A stretch of DNA of 64,000 bases, taken from contig NC_068998.1 of assembly GCF_001194135.2 (NCBI RefSeq), positions 22,696,202-22,760,201 of the forward strand, in the 5' to 3' direction. Source of the DNA: Octopus bimaculoides (taxonomy: Eukaryota). A program made the translations under genes and the position numbers. How positions within the stretch are numbered: position 1 is the first letter of the stretch; each line of letters opens with the position of its first letter. Under the pieces are notes generated by a model. It was given only the letters and a program-made list of their open reading frames with translations, was not told where the DNA came from and made no database searches. Shown one piece after another: positions 10,501 through 24,923 of this stretch.

Positions 10501-13500
10501 AAATGATCATAGAAATAGTAATTTCAGGCGGAATAAACCAGTATACATTGCAACAGGTATTTTTTATGCTAAATATATTCTACGAGATTTACTATGGTGC
10601 TATACAACATTTCTTTATTTATATGAACTACTTAAAGATTCAGATGGTAACCCACCTTATCTAAAGAAACATAGTAACATCAAACCTGGGGTTTTATTAC
10701 ATTTTGCCATCATTGCAATTGATTCATAAAGAGCTATCTGTTAAATTACTAATTGAAATGAGGGAAATATTTTTTTCTGAAAATATATTTTAGCAGCGTG
10801 TGTAATTAGACAAAATAGAATTTTAATTTGAAATACTTAAATAAAAATAAAATATTAAAACCCTAGTCATTTGTAGCCTTTGATATTCGATTTCTTTCAG
10901 AAAACACACATGCATGTTGATAAATGACCTTGATTATCTTAGTTTTCATTTACACGCTATCATAAAACTATTTTAAGAGCTAATCTATTGAAACGGAAAC
11001 ACTATTTCTTTTAGTTGATTTGTATCAGTTCAAATCAATTTTAAACTTTGATAAAAATACATACACATTAAATGCATCCCACAATCTTTTCGGCAATTTA
11101 TTTCGAAGTTTTTCCTTATATTTGTTTTTATTTTAGAAGAAATTTTATCAGATCCTTGTAAACGTTTTTCGAAGCTTTCAATCTGGTAATGCAGAATTCA
11201 AAATATTTTTGTGTCTATTGATTAATACTTCGATTTAGTAACCGAGAAACATTTTATTTCTATGAAAGCTGAAAATATTTTTTGCCATCAGAAATAATTG
11301 TAACCAAATAATTTTTTTTTTTAAATGAAGTTCAAACACGTTTGATCAAGATTAGTTTTAAATAATTTCCTCACTAAATAAGAGTCAGTTCAAAAACATT
11401 ACTGATTTTCATTTATAATGTTTGTGAGATATTACAAAATTAAACGGATTGCAAAGTTTTGAGACTAAATTTTCATTAAAACTAAAAATAAATATGTAAT
11501 TATTAAAACTGGAGTCTATTGATGCTTGACTAAAAATAGTTTTCATTTATGCAGTAGTTCACTATATTGGTCAGTAAATCCCAACAGGACATTTTTATTA
11601 AGGACTGAAATTTTCTGAAGGGTAATTTAAATTTATTTTATTAAAAGGCTTTAATGCTGAAAGATATTTACTATTTTCTGAACGATGTCATATGTCATAC
11701 AGTCGGATTAGCGAATGATGATATAGTTTGTTAATGAAGCATCTTCGATTAATATTAAAACTTTGCTTACAGTGAAACATATTAAGGGAGCCACAATGGA
11801 CTATATCGGCCCAAGGCGACTATTTGAAGATCATCTTATTGTGTGTGTACTATTAATACATTAGGCAAATCTAAGATACAATTTGAATTGAAAACACAAT
11901 GCGATAAGATTATTTATGCCTCTTTGCCTACTGCAACAATCATGGAGCAACTGCCAAGCTATTAGCTAGAATGCTGTATAAAGTTTAAATAAATTCCTTA
12001 GATTTAAGATGATTACCTCAAATATATTCATTTTAGCTTTCAATATGTTAACTGGGATATCAAACAAATTGCATGCTGGATATGTGATAGTATGTTTCAT
12101 TGGTTTTACACTGTTTTAAACCAGTTACGAGGAATTCCTTCTCATATACATTTCATTTTTTGTCAGTAAGTCCAGAATTTTTCTATCAAAAGCCAAACAA
12201 CCCATCGGGCATTATGTAAAGTTTCTAAGGAAATATTCAATTAGTAAATGTCACACCATCGCTAATATAAACTTTGTATTCTGTTCAGCTATAGCATATT
12301 AGACTTTTCACTCCAGAATATTAGTTTAAATCAATGTATTTTAAAATATTTCTGCCCTGTATAACAGCAGTGTAAATAGCATCTCTAATTGTCCGTGATG
12401 CAAACCCATTCACTAACTATATCTAATTCAAGCAAACAAAATCTGCTTCCGAAACAAAACAGAGCTTAAAATGCAACCCTAAAATACATAGATAATTTCA
12501 GCACCGATTATTAGATAAATGTGTATTAAAAGAAGTAATAATACAGAAGCCATGTAGATGTAAACAAGCCGGATGGTAAGAGAAAAGTTGCTTCATTCGA
12601 ATTACATCTACAAAATATAGAATGTTTGTAATGCTTGCCAAACTATATTAGAGACCTTTCAAAACAACATATGAACGTGGTGTGAAATTAAATGTTGCAC
12701 AACATTTTACAAATTTCAGCTGGAAATTTGAAGGATATTATGATATTGAGAACCTGTTGCCCATTGTATTACTTTATTTCAGAACCCAGAATTTCAGTTC
12801 TAAGTATCTTCAATATATATATATATATTTATCATCATAAATATACAGGGATTAGCAATTGAGTTGCTTCTCCAACATACTGAAAATTTAGAAATAGCAG
12901 TCAAAGAACTACTGATTCCAAACTACAAATTTTTCTCTAAAGCGGATGGCGATATTTATGATGATAAATAGTTTTACCGATAAAGGTTTTTTTCATACTG
13001 AACTACTTGGCAAAATTGTTAATTATTAATTCTATTATTAATTGACGATTCTCTGCCCTTATTCTTGTATATATATATATATATAATTGAATATATACAA
13101 GGTTATTAACAATCACACATATGCTCGGTGCATATTCGATTCCACCAACTGTGTTTTGTTTTGGAGAAGATTTCTCGCTGTAGAAAAAATAATAAATTCA
13201 CAAAAATCAGCTTGCAGAGCCAACGACCCACACTGTGAGATGAAAGCATTTCGGAGTGTCAGAAACAAGAAAGAATGCGCTGAGAGCTGATAAGACAGAT
13301 TGTCTCTCATATGATATCCTCGTCGTCGAACAATGACTGGAAGCGCTAATCGGCGGCTCCCCTTAGACAATTTACGGGATGGCAACTCTAAGAAGTTACG
13401 TCTATAGATTGAAAGTTATTACCAGTTGAAATCTAATCGGGACGTATTCGAACACATACACTGTTTTGTCATGGGGAAAATTTGTTGCTATAGGCAAATG

Positions 13501-13549
13501 CTAGCTGATTTTTGAGTATTTACACCAGTAGCTTTGTGGGAAGAAATGT

Positions 13550-14000
13550 TGTTGTAAAGAAAGTATAATAATTGGTAAAGAAAAATGCGCTGGAAGAATT
13601 GGTAGGTAAATGAGAGCAGAAACTAGTGCATGGAAAATTAGTGTCCCGGAGCAAATAGCTGATGTGGAAATGAAGCACACTAATTAGTTGCTACGACGCC
13701 CAGTCCTAAATGCAGAGTTCGAAGACATCATCTGAGCTGCTTAAGATCAAATCTAATTTACCCGTAACTGCAGGGTACATGTGAAGATTAACTGAGTAGA
13801 ACCAAATAGGTGATTCTGCGATGATGGGTTTCAAACAGTGGCGCACTTAATCACCAAATGCAAAGTTTTAAGTGCAACGGAGTATAACTCAAGACATGAT
13901 AGTGTTAGGCAATATCTACACTGGTTAATTTACAGCAGGAAAGTTCACAACGGATTGGCAACGGCTAGAAGTAGGTATGGGGAATTAATGTTATAACAGC
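13550..14000 (+). mobile_element. Decayed R4/Dong-type fragment (CCHC region)
   Basis: 13813-13930: FCDDGFQTVAHLITKCKVLSATEYNSRHDSVRQYLHWLI matches C..C....ET..H....C..L....Y..RHD.V...LHW. Confidence 0.65.
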
Positions 14001-14021
14001 CATCACGTCCGACGATTTGGG

Positions 14022-14195
14022 AAGATATACGGTTATATTTTGATTTGGAATATTAAATTTCAAATTTTGAATCTCTTGGGAAGAGATNNNNNNNNNNATT
14101 TGGAATATTAAATTTCAAATTTTGAATCTCTTGGGAAGAGATACGGTTATATTTTGATCTGGAATATTAAATTTCAAATTTTGAATCTCTTGGGG
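14022..14195. repeat. About 60-bp tandem repeat (about 3 units) spanning a 10-N gap
   Basis: Unit gatacggttatattttgatttggaatattaaatttcaaattttgaatctcttgggaaga repeated on both sides of N 14088-14097. Confidence 0.8.
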
Positions 14196-14354
14196 AAAAA
14201 TTTCCTCCAAAACTCTTAGTCGCATGACTGCAAGCAGAGCGAGCTGGTTTATTTAGTAAAGAGTCAGACAAAAGTTCGAATACCAAATACTAAAACAACA
14301 AATTAAATTAAAACAATTACAAGCTACGAACAAGCATCCTCTCTGCTGCTGCTT

Positions 14355-14414
<60 letters not shown>

Positions 14415-14440
14415 ATAATAATAATAATAATAATAATAAT
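14355..14440. repeat. (ACT)n(AAT)n compound microsatellite
   Basis: Direct observation. Confidence 0.95.
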
Positions 14441-14459
14441 AGATGATAACAATAATAAA

Positions 14460-14955
14460 GATGTACTACCGGGCACTGGCTCTCATGGCTTCTTATCTTA
14501 AAGGATTGGAAGTATTATCATGGTATAAGATGGGCTATAACAAATATCGTGCTCAATGATAGTGAATTTCTTGTCAGTTGCTGGACATTTACGAGTTCAG
14601 CATGTCCTTTAGTGACTAGCGATATGTGCGTTTATGATCACTAACAGGAACAGTGGGGGAGTATTTTAGCCATATGTTGAGAACATGGATTTTTTCATTC
14701 ATCCTTAAACAACCCTCATTCGGGAACTTTTTGAGCGCGACGGACTGTTCAACCGAAGAATATTCAAAATTTTGCCCCACATGAAACGTCATGCGCTGAT
14801 TATCTTAGGTCACTATGTCACGCAAATATTGTTGTGATGACTGGTATATCCTTATCAGACTGGTAGTCATGGTGGGTAAATTGTTTTTCATATATTTGTA
14901 CTCCAGTATCATTTTCATAGCATGCATTGCCCTCTCACTCAATAATAATAATGAC
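14460..14955 (+). mobile_element. Probable 3' UTR-only copy of a Dong-type retrotransposon
   Basis: Ends catggtgggta...atatttgtactccagt...tgcattgccctctcactca(ATA)n, similar to the 3' UTR attached to the RLE-coding copy at 290-420. AAT repeats lie on both sides. Confidence 0.55.
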
Positions 14956-16334
14956 AACAGATCTTTTCAATTTCAATTATTCTTTCACCACAGAATACAA
15001 GATATTAAGCGGAAATTATATTCTTTGAAACACTGGCATATATGTATATATTCGCTGTTCCCACTTCTGTTTCTATTTTCTTTATAGTTATGTCGTCACT
15101 CCGCCCTTAAAATTTCCAATTCTCGCCTCCTAAACACTCTTGCAATTCTCCCTACGTAGCAAGCAAAGTTCATTTAAATTTTGATCAGTCTTCTTCTCAG
15201 TCTCTTTCTCACTTCCCCCACTGTCTAGTACACATGCATGTTGATGCTGCTGCTACTTTTGATACTAATTTGAAGAATCTCTTTCACTCAACCTGTCCTC
15301 ATTCACTCACTCTATGACTCTTTCAATTTCCACTTGTTCGCTAACCACAGAACACCATGCGCGTCAGCCGATCTGCTTCATTTTGGAACACTGCTATGTA
15401 TTTATATATTAGTTGCTCTGTAATCCATTTTACTTTTCTTTATATTCATAGAGACACTCTGTCGTATAAAGTTACTAATTTTACTATTCTTGCTTGATCG
15501 TCGTCACAAAAACTCTTTTCACGTTGTCTTCGCTATAAGAGACCATACTGTTTTAATTTTTCCCTCTTTCTCTTCTTCATCTCTCCCTCTCTCTAAGTAC
15601 ACCTGTGCACTGCAACTACTATTCTTATTACTTTTTAGTATTTCTTCCCCCCTCTCTCTCACCCACTTTCTCCCTCTCTGACTCTTTCCACTTCTTTGTT
15701 GACCTCAAAACACTATGATCATAAGCCGTTACTTTTTCTTTCAAATATCATTATAGGAAGGTCTCTCGCACAGCAAATCCGCCACTCCCCAGCAAGGAGG
15801 ACCTGGTCGTTATTGATAAACTACAACAATGTTTACAAGACAATTGACTCAACACGACTATAGAATTTTAATAGAAGCCAGCCTCACAAAACTGGATACC
15901 ACAAAAATCACGGAATAAAGACATTTCCACCAAAAAGGAAAAATGAATTTCAAAAGACGTTGGCTCTCTCAACTAGAACTGTAAGATATTCTGGAATGTT
16001 GCATAATAGTTCGTACATTATCCTTTAAATGCTTGGTGGTGGAATTGATGTTTCAAGGTCACAAGAAGTAGTTGTGCATTTAGTTTGTGAGCTATTGTTT
16101 CCCCTCTCCGATGACATATTTAGGAAATATATGTTGATTTATAAAATCCCTACCTTTTGACCTGCTTTGTCTCAAGTTTTGAAACGGAAATGCAGTCACC
16201 AATATCGAGAATAAAGTATCATTACTTTATATGAGTCACAGGGAGAAACAAATACAGAAATTTAGAGGATATGACGAAGCGAAAGCTTAATTTTTGTGTG
16301 TAGGATTGCTGATAGAGATGCCTGCATTAAGTCT

Positions 16335-16432
16335 GCGTGGTAACAGAGTGGTTAGCACATCGGACAAAATGATTAGAAGTATTTCTGTCGCAGAGGTCGA
16401 CTTTGACTTTCATTCTTTCGTGTTTAATAAAA
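16335..16432 (+). mobile_element. SINE family A, truncated
   Basis: gttagcacatcggacaaaatgattag...gaggtcgactttgactttcattctttcg. Confidence 0.7.
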
Positions 16433-16437
16433 TCAAC

Positions 16438-16695
16438 GGAACAGCTTGCCCGTGAAACTAAAGTGAAAGTGGCTGAGCATTCCACAAGCATGCGTACCAT
16501 TAACGTCGTTCACTGAGAACTTCAGCATAACGCAGCAAGTGACAAGGATGGTTCCTTTTGAAATACAGATACTACATATTTTTGCTAGCTGAGTGGACTG
16601 GAGCAACGTGAAATAAAATTGTTGAAGGACACATCGTGCCACCGGGTATTGAACTCACGATCGCGAGACGAATGCCCTAACCACGCGCCTTCACT
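16438..16695 (-). mobile_element. tRNA-derived SINE family C
   Basis: Minus strand: tRNA-like head (ggttagggc...gagttcaatacc), central module gtgtcctt...tttatttcacgttgctccagtccactcagct, and a 3' part shared with family B. Confidence 0.8.
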
Positions 16696-18729
16696 TTTAT
16701 AATATAAGTATCGATTGAAAACTAGGTTTGAAGAAATCGACATGAACGGCTCTGCAATTGCTGCCCTTGTTTCAAAATTTGAAAATCAACATATGGTTTC
16801 TTTTTTTATTCTGTTTTGTTAATATATATGCCTTTGGTTTCTTAAAAAAATATAATTTCTTCGCATACTTTATTCAAACGTGAATTTGTTCAGCCTTTAT
16901 CTATTTATCCTTTTTTGCAGTTTAGTTGATGCTCCAGCATGTTGTTTTTAGACATTAATATATAAAATCCCTCGGTGTGAAAACTCTGTCAAAAATTACT
17001 TTTGTTTGGATTCAGTAGCATGTTCATTTACATTTAACGTAAAAATATAATTTTTGATATAATACTTATCGCAAGTATAATTTTCCATTATTGTAACATG
17101 CAATGTAATGCCCTCATATATACTATGATGGACATTTAGATAGCATGGTTGTTCATTATCTCAAATATGCTACAATTTTTCCGGTAGTCATCACCATCTC
17201 TATTTTTTCCATATTTCTAATTTAGCATGGGTTGCAAATCTGTCATGATCTATTTATATAATGACTGTATAAAACTATGTGCTATATAATTATAAATAAT
17301 TTTTCCTTACGCAGAGACACTCGAAGCAAAATATACATTAGGCAGATTTATAGCAGTAAGGTTTCACATGTAAATAAGAATTTATTCTGAAACACTGCAG
17401 ATATCGATATATATATATATATATAATTTATATGAATATCTAAACTAATAGCAACATTCGGAAATAAAGAACTTAGAAGATAACGATAATATAAGATGCG
17501 TTAAATCTTTTCGAGATATCTAAACTACTTGAATGACTCAATACACACGGGAAGGTAGTAATGTTACTTGAGTATTTTATATAATGTTTACATAGATCAG
17601 ATATCCATTTCTATGCCAGTTTTAGTAGCAATGAATTCAACGAAAGTGTTCAGACGATTGATATCTTTCAGAAAAAGATATTAAGCAATATTATATTGAT
17701 GATTTGGGTCTTCCATAGCGAATGAAAAGACACGCGTCTTGGTTAAGACTGTCTGAGAGTGCGAGATTGCTCTGCTCCACGTTGTTGGTTATCAGAGCAC
17801 AGAATCCCATAATAGACTTTATAAAAAATAAAAAAAATCCAAGTACATGGCATCATAATATATCGATGTATGCGTTGAGAGGGCAGAGATCACAAGAATA
17901 TGGGGCTAGTCTGCACGTTTTTAGAAATGAAAGAATTATGCTTAGGACAACTTTAAAAAGTAAAGAAAATCTTACAACTACAGAAGGGTATATACGTGAA
18001 AACATGTCGTCAGCGATTTAGTTAGAAGTAACTATTAAACGTGCATTATTGTGTTCGTTACCTTTCATGCAAATATCATCTCATCCCATCAACAATTACA
18101 AATGAAAGCTAATCAAAAGCAGTTATATCAAAATGTGGAATCTCACAAACTTGTTGTTTCCAGTCTCTACAAAAGTTCATTGGTGCATTGATCATTGATT
18201 ATACACGTGAATATTTCAAAATTAGCAATGGACACTATACTGATGTAACATACATAGACATCAAGTACGTGCACACACTAATGCTTGTATGTAACAATTT
18301 ATACTATACACACACAGACATGTATATATATGTATGCATATGTATATATATANNNNNNNNNNNNNNNNNNNNNNNNNNNNNNNNNNNNNNNNNNNNNNNN
18401 NNNNNNNNNNNNNNNNNNNNNNNNNNNNNNNNNNNNNNNNNNNNNNNNNNNNNNNNNNNNNNNNNNNNNNNNNNNNNNNNNNNNNNNNNNNNNNNNNNNN
18501 NNNNNNNNNNNNNNNNNNNNNNNNNNNNNNNNNNNNNNNNNNNNNNNNNNNNNNNNNNNNNNNNNNNNNNNNNNNNNNNNNNNNNNNNNNNNNNNNNNNN
18601 NNNNNNNNNNNNNNNNNNNNNNNNNNNNNNNNNNNNNNNNNNNNNNNNNNNNNNNNNNNNNNNNNNNNNNNNNNNNNNNNNNNNNNNNNNNNNNNNNNNN
18701 NNNNNNNNNNNNNNNNNNNNNNNNNNNNN

Positions 18730-18783
<54 letters not shown>

Positions 18784-20689
18784 ACACACACCCACACACA
18801 CTCGCACATACTCACACACATTCAAGTACGTACAGTCACATATATAAAATCAAATGCATAATCAGATTTATGTGTATAGCGTTTGTGCTAATATATATAT
18901 GTGTGTGTGTATGTGTATATGTATATATGTATACATATGTATACATATGCGTGTATATATCGTATACGAATACATGTAACTGCTACCATAAGCGTGTATA
19001 TATGTAGGCATACACACGAATAGACACCCAGACAAACATACACATACACACACACGCACGCTCAAATATGTATCGTATGTATTCTTGTATGTATAATTAT
19101 ATGATATATTCACGCATTATGGATAATATATTTCCTTATCTATTTTTGTATATATTCGTACAAATTTGTTTTTCTTTTAGAGATATAATACCTTGTTTTT
19201 TACGTCGACACCTTGTTGACGCAATGTAAATTTCTCAGTTTTATCGAGGAAAATAACTTATAAATATGTACGTTAGGATGTTTAAAAGTTTTGATATATA
19301 CCAACTTGAATATATTAGAAATATAATATCGGGAATACTTCAGAGAACAATCACAAGCAGTAGTATACAAATCCATACAGCTAAGCACAATGAAGCAACA
19401 GAAATAGCCACTATTAACTTTGATAAATGCTTAATATCTTCTACATATATGTCAATATATTCTCACACTTAATTTGGCCGTACCTGTAATGAGATAACTG
19501 TTCATATACATATTTAAAAACAAAAAATTGCACTGGTATATATGTATATTCCTAGATATATGTATGTATGTATATTTGTAGGTATATATATATATATATA
19601 TATATATATNNNNNNNNNNNNNNNNNNNNNNNNNNNNNNNNNNNNNNNNNNNNNNNNNNNNNNNNNNNNNNNNNNNNNNNNNNNNNNNNNNNNNNNNNNN
19701 NNNNNNNNNNNNNNNNNNNNNNNNNNNNNNNNNNNNNNNNNNNNNNNNNNNNNNNNNNNNNNNNNNNNNNNNNNNNNNNNNNNNNNNNNNNNNNNNNNNN
19801 NNNNNNNNNNNNNNNNNNNNNNNNNNNNNNNNNNNNNNNNNNNNNNNNNNNNNNNNNNNNNNNNNNNNNNNNNNNNNNNNNNNNNNNNNNNNNNNNNNNN
19901 NNNNNNNNNNNNNNNNNNNNNNNNNNNNNNNNNNNNNNNNNNNNNNNNNNNNNNNNNNNNNNNNNNNNNNNNNNNNNNNNNNNNNNNNNNNNNNNNNNNN
20001 NNNNNNNNNNNNNNNNNNNNNNNNNNNNNNNNNNNNNNNNNNNNNNNNNNNNNNNNNNNNNNNNNNNNNNNNNNNNNNNNNNNNNNNNNNNNNNNNNNNN
20101 NNNNNNNNNNNNNNNNNNNNNNNNNNNNNNNNNNNNNNNNNNNNNNNNNNNNNNNNNNNNNNNNNNNTATATATATATATATATTGCATGTATGCAATAT
20201 TAAAATGTGCTTTGAAAGCGTGCCGTTTGTATGTGTGTAGATGTAGTTGGAGTTAATTTTTTAAAAATGTATATAACCGTGGCTGTATTAGAATAAATGT
20301 TGATATTTGAAGTATAAAAAGTATATAATTCCCGGGAGATTCCTGTGTTTTGATGGACTGTGTTTTGATTCCTGTTTTTTGATGTAAGAATTTTATTTGA
20401 ATCTAAGTAAAATGCTTTTTATAATATATTGTTTGCTTGTCATTTTGTTTAATTGTCACTTTGTTTAATTTTACTGCCTTTAAGTTAAATTCACGTTGGT
20501 AAATTCCTTACCTTTTATTGAGCACTAAAAATTAATTGATGTGAGTGCATTAGAATATGAAATGGAAATCTGTTGTAGAACCTAACACCTCAATATGAGT
20601 GCTTGCTTCGGAGTTGTTTTCTCGACTCAACTAAATTTTATAACTCATGATTGTAATAAAGCAGAAACAGTACTGAATTCTTAACATTA

Positions 20690-22290
20690 ATCAAGTTCCC
20701 TTAATTGGTGAAGCCACTCTCTGGGATACAACAGTAAGCGCTTTTGCAGTCGGGGTCATAACTGATTTCTCTTCTCTGTCATTATTGGATTCTTCGATCC
20801 ATATCAGTTGTAAGAGTCCTCCTCTCAACCTTATATAGAAAGATCAGTTACCCGGGACTTGTTCACTTTGAGACTCGTTGGAAAAATACTGTAGTTGTTT
20901 TTCTATATTCGGTTCAGCTTCCACGTGGCAACAGAAAGCAAAGTGGGTCTTGCTGCTATCTTCTTTTGAGATCTGCCATCCTTGTCAATGTAGATACAAG
21001 GTACCGGAAAATCTTCGTATCCTTAAGGCTCTCTCCGACTTTTTTTTCTATCAACCAGGATACTGCTCTTGTCTGAACTGATCTCATACTCCTGATACCT
21101 TTCGCAATCTGGTGGTGCGAGCATGGAATTTTGCTGCAGTGCTTCGTGACAGGGAAATATCAACAAATCACAGATTCGACATAGATCGTCTCCAATGAGC
21201 CAGAGGTGTGTAAGACTTAGAACGCCTCTTGCATGAAGTTCTCCAGGAAGATGTTGAAAAGCACTGGAGATAGAACAGATCCTTGTCGAAAGCCCAGTGA
21301 TATCCTGAAGAATATTCCGATGCTGCTGTTCAAGAGAACTGTAATATTTAAGTTTTCATGCAGTGCTTGTATTATATCGATAGGCCGATCTCGAATTTTT
21401 GATTCTTCATCATCTGCTTAAAGCCAAAAGACACTATGATTAAATACATTTTAAATCAATGAAATTGTAGCAGGGGACATATTGGAACTGCAGATGCCTC
21501 TCAGTGATCTGTCTGATGTCAAATATCTGCTTAGCAGTATTCCTTTCGGGACCTAAGTCCTGTCTGTACTTCTGCAATAATCTCTTCTCATTTCCCCATA
21601 AATTTGATTAACAGAAAACGTTACATTGATTTGCAGATGTAGCTAATTAGGCATATTGTTCTATAATTCTTGAAGCGGCGTAAGTTGCCTTTTTTCGTTA
21701 TCATAAGTTATTATCTCCAATCCTTTGTCTCTGCTGCGTCTACAATATCTTTTAAAACGCAACTCGTAGTTCTTTGATAATCTTTGGGAGTCAATGCTGT
21801 TGGGTATCTGATGGGATATCATCTACTCTGAGGGTTTCCAAAATTTGAGCTAGCGCAATACCACTTCGACTTCCTTCTGGAGAATTGAGGAATCCTCAAC
21901 TTGTCTGTTTTAGCTATAATCACTCAGAATATTGTGTTCATATCCGAACGAATCATTGTAAAGGTCTATGAAGTCCTTCGCTCTATGATATGAGTCTCGT
22001 ATGTGAGGAGCAGGGCTGTTTGTCCTCAAAGTGTTGATTATTTTTTGCTAGGATTCCGAAGCGTTCATAAGCAATCCTGACATTGTTCTTTTTCATCCAA
22101 GTTTCTAATGAATTGTATCCTAGCCTTTTTTATTTCTCTTTTTTTCCTATCATTCCTCGTCACAGCGCCGTGTGCTGACTTGCTTCCTGACCAGTTAGAT
22201 TCGTCATCCTCATGTTAAGTTTTAATTCACATAGATCCAGAATACTCAGTTGCGTGGTCCTAATATTTACTAAATATTTAACACCGAGGG
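20690..22290 (-). mobile_element. RTE-clade LINE, degenerate RT
   Basis: Minus strand: GPERNTAKQIFDIRQITERHLQ...YNFIDLK, LGFRQGSVLSPVLFNIFLENFMQE and IFLYKVERRTLTTDMDRRI (cf. RTE ILLYGCETWTLT..ERRI). Confidence 0.8.
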
Positions 22291-24153
22291 ACAGCCGTAG
22301 AAGAGAAATACGATGTTAGATTTGTAAAATAGCAATATTGTACAACTGAGAATGAAGGTTTCATGTAATGTATTCTGAGTAGGACTCACAATCACTACTT
22401 GTTATCTCTGACACAGAAAACCTCTGTAATTATCGTGAACAATCTCTAAGAAATTATTTTCTACCTTCAATTTGAACTAAGCTAAATTACATCATTATGC
22501 GGAATCAAAATTACAATACGTAAACAACTGTTCAATATCTATCTTTATTCTTTGTTTATTACTTATGGTGATTGCACAGAAATATCATCAACGTCGCCCC
22601 AATTGATTTCTTTATATTCTATACAGTTTCTTTCTAAAATACTATTAGGTCATTATAAAGTTACTTCCCTGTTATTCCTATAGTTACAACGTTTATGCAG
22701 TTGACTAGAATCTGCATATACTAATGGTTAACGAATATTCATTGTTTTCAGAAAAAGCTAGTAACAATCGTACTGGTTACAACCATTAGCACTTTGACAA
22801 TAAAAAACACACATTAAATACAGGACATCACTTGCGAGTGAAAAGTACGTAAACACACAGAGATAAGTACAGGACGTTTACATTTATATATAATTTCGGT
22901 GACTCTACACTCTGTTCTCTGGCTATATTTTTCTTTCTCTGTAGCCTTCATATAATCCCCCGTATTAACTTTTCTCCCTTCCTTCTTTGCTGTCTCCAGT
23001 CTATCTTGCTGCACACTCCATTATTTTCTTTCCTTCACCCTTTTCCTCACTCCCTTTGTTTATTTCTCTTGTCCTCACTCTTGTCCCCCTTCCCCTCAGC
23101 CTGTTGCTCACCACGATTATAAGCCATTTTCTCGTCCCTCTGGAACTGTAGGATGGGACGACCAGCTAGCTGGACGTCATTTCTCTCGCCTCTCGATATT
23201 TTTTCTCTTCAACTATTTTCTCTCTCCTACTATTTTTTCTCTTTTACTAATTTTTATTCTACTTATTCCAAATCCTTTCAAACTTTCTCCTAAGCATTAC
23301 ACATTACAATTCGACTTGGCCTAACATCCCTTACTGTTTGTCTTTTTCCATTGTTTTCTCTCTGCTTCCACTCTGCTGTCATTTGTTGGTTCGAAGCCCT
23401 AAGTGTCCATAAATTTTATATTTCTAAAATTTCTGGATGCTGCTGCCTTATCAAGTTTTCCTTTCTTTTCGTTGAAAGCACGAAACGTAGTAATAAACAG
23501 TCGAAAACTGAGGAGGAGTTAGATTTCTTTTGGCATTATCGCTCGTGTGTATACTTACTTTTCACTCGCAGGTTATGTTCTGCATTTATGTGTATATTTG
23601 ATTATTTATTATTGAACGCCACTCAGGCTTTGTGAACAGAAACTTTTTACATACATATATATATATGACAATACGTATCCTTTATACAATGTATATATAT
23701 ATATATATATATATATGTATCCTTAAGACAGTAGATGATCTGGACACAATGTATACATATAAACATACCTAAAGTTATTATCGTAGTAGCATTCAAAGAT
23801 TTCGTCTTTAAATATGAAAATCCATGTGCAATTTGAGAATGAATTACACATTCCATGAATAAAAGATGAAGTTTTAACGATGGTATCAATAACAAAATTA
23901 GAAATAGAGGAAAATATTGATGCTATGCCAATAACACATGAATCTTACATCAATGTGTTTATTTCAGCTTTTTGTTGAGACAAGGGGAAATTATTGAAAT
24001 CAATCAACTTTTGGTGACTGCACCTGGAGATAAATATGAGATTCTCGTTAAAAATATCATCGAAGCATGCATAATCACATAGGCAATTATACAGTTGCAC
24101 TCAGAGACCTTGAAAAAAATTAATAAAAACATACTGTTTTTGCACATGTTGCT

Positions 24154-24365
24154 CAGCGCGTCAGCTGGCAGAATCGTTAAGTCAGAGGGCAAAATGGTTA
24201 GTGGAATTTCGTCCGACTTTACGTTCTGAGTTCAAATTCTACCGTGGTTAACTTTGCATTTTGTCCTTTTGAAGTCGATACAAGGAGTACCAGTTAATCA
24301 CTGGTTTCAATGTAATCGATTTATCCTCTCAAACTGTAATTGCTAGCCTCATTCCAAAATTTGAG
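24154..24365 (+). mobile_element. SINE family A
   Basis: cagctggcagaatcgttaag...tttacgttctgagttcaaattc...gtcgata...gtaccagtt...aatgtaatcgattt. Confidence 0.85.
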
Positions 24366-24419
24366 GACAATATTACTGCAAAGTATAAAACTACAATATC
24401 TTATGTTTACATCCGCCTT

Positions 24420-24522
24420 CTCCTCCGCCTCCGCATCGTCCCTTTTTCTCTTCTTCATCTAGTACTAGTACCACTAGCATCACGACCACTACCACCATCA
24501 CTACTACTACTACTACTACTAC

Positions 24523-24557
<35 letters not shown>

Positions 24558-24650
24558 ATGATGATGATGATGATTATAATGCTACTACTACTACTACTAC
24601 TACTGGTGATGATGATGATGATGGTGAAGGTAATACTGCTACTAATAATA
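24420..24650. repeat. Compound triplet repeat (ACT/GCT/GAT/CAT)
   Basis: Direct observation; forms the spacer between inverted SINEs. Confidence 0.9.
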
Positions 24651-24873
24651 ATCGTTTCTACTAAAGGTACAAACAACGTCTGAAATTTTGCAGGAGGGAA
24701 CAAGTCGATTACATTGACCCCGGGGTTTCACTGGCAATTAATTAATTAAACTCGAATGTGTGAAATGCAAGGTCGACTTCGGCATAATTTGAACTCAGAA
24801 CGAACGTTAAAACGGACGAAATACCACTAAGTATTTTTCCCGGCGTGCTAACGATTCTAGTAACTCACCGCCT
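24650..24873 (-). mobile_element. SINE family A (inverted relative to 24154-24365)
   Basis: aagtcgattacattgaccccgg...gtcgacttcggcataatttgaactcagaacg...gtgctaacgattctagtaactcaccgcct is the reverse complement of the consensus. Confidence 0.85.
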
Positions 24874-24891
24874 CCACTAAAAAAAATAAAA

Positions 24892-24923
<32 letters not shown>

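Noticed and set aside
11762-11865. Possible exon (tacag|...MDYIGPRRLFEDHL) and a similar stretch at about 12720-12810 (WKFEGYYDIENLLP)
   Set aside because: No recognisable protein family, weak splice signals and no supporting neighbouring exons.
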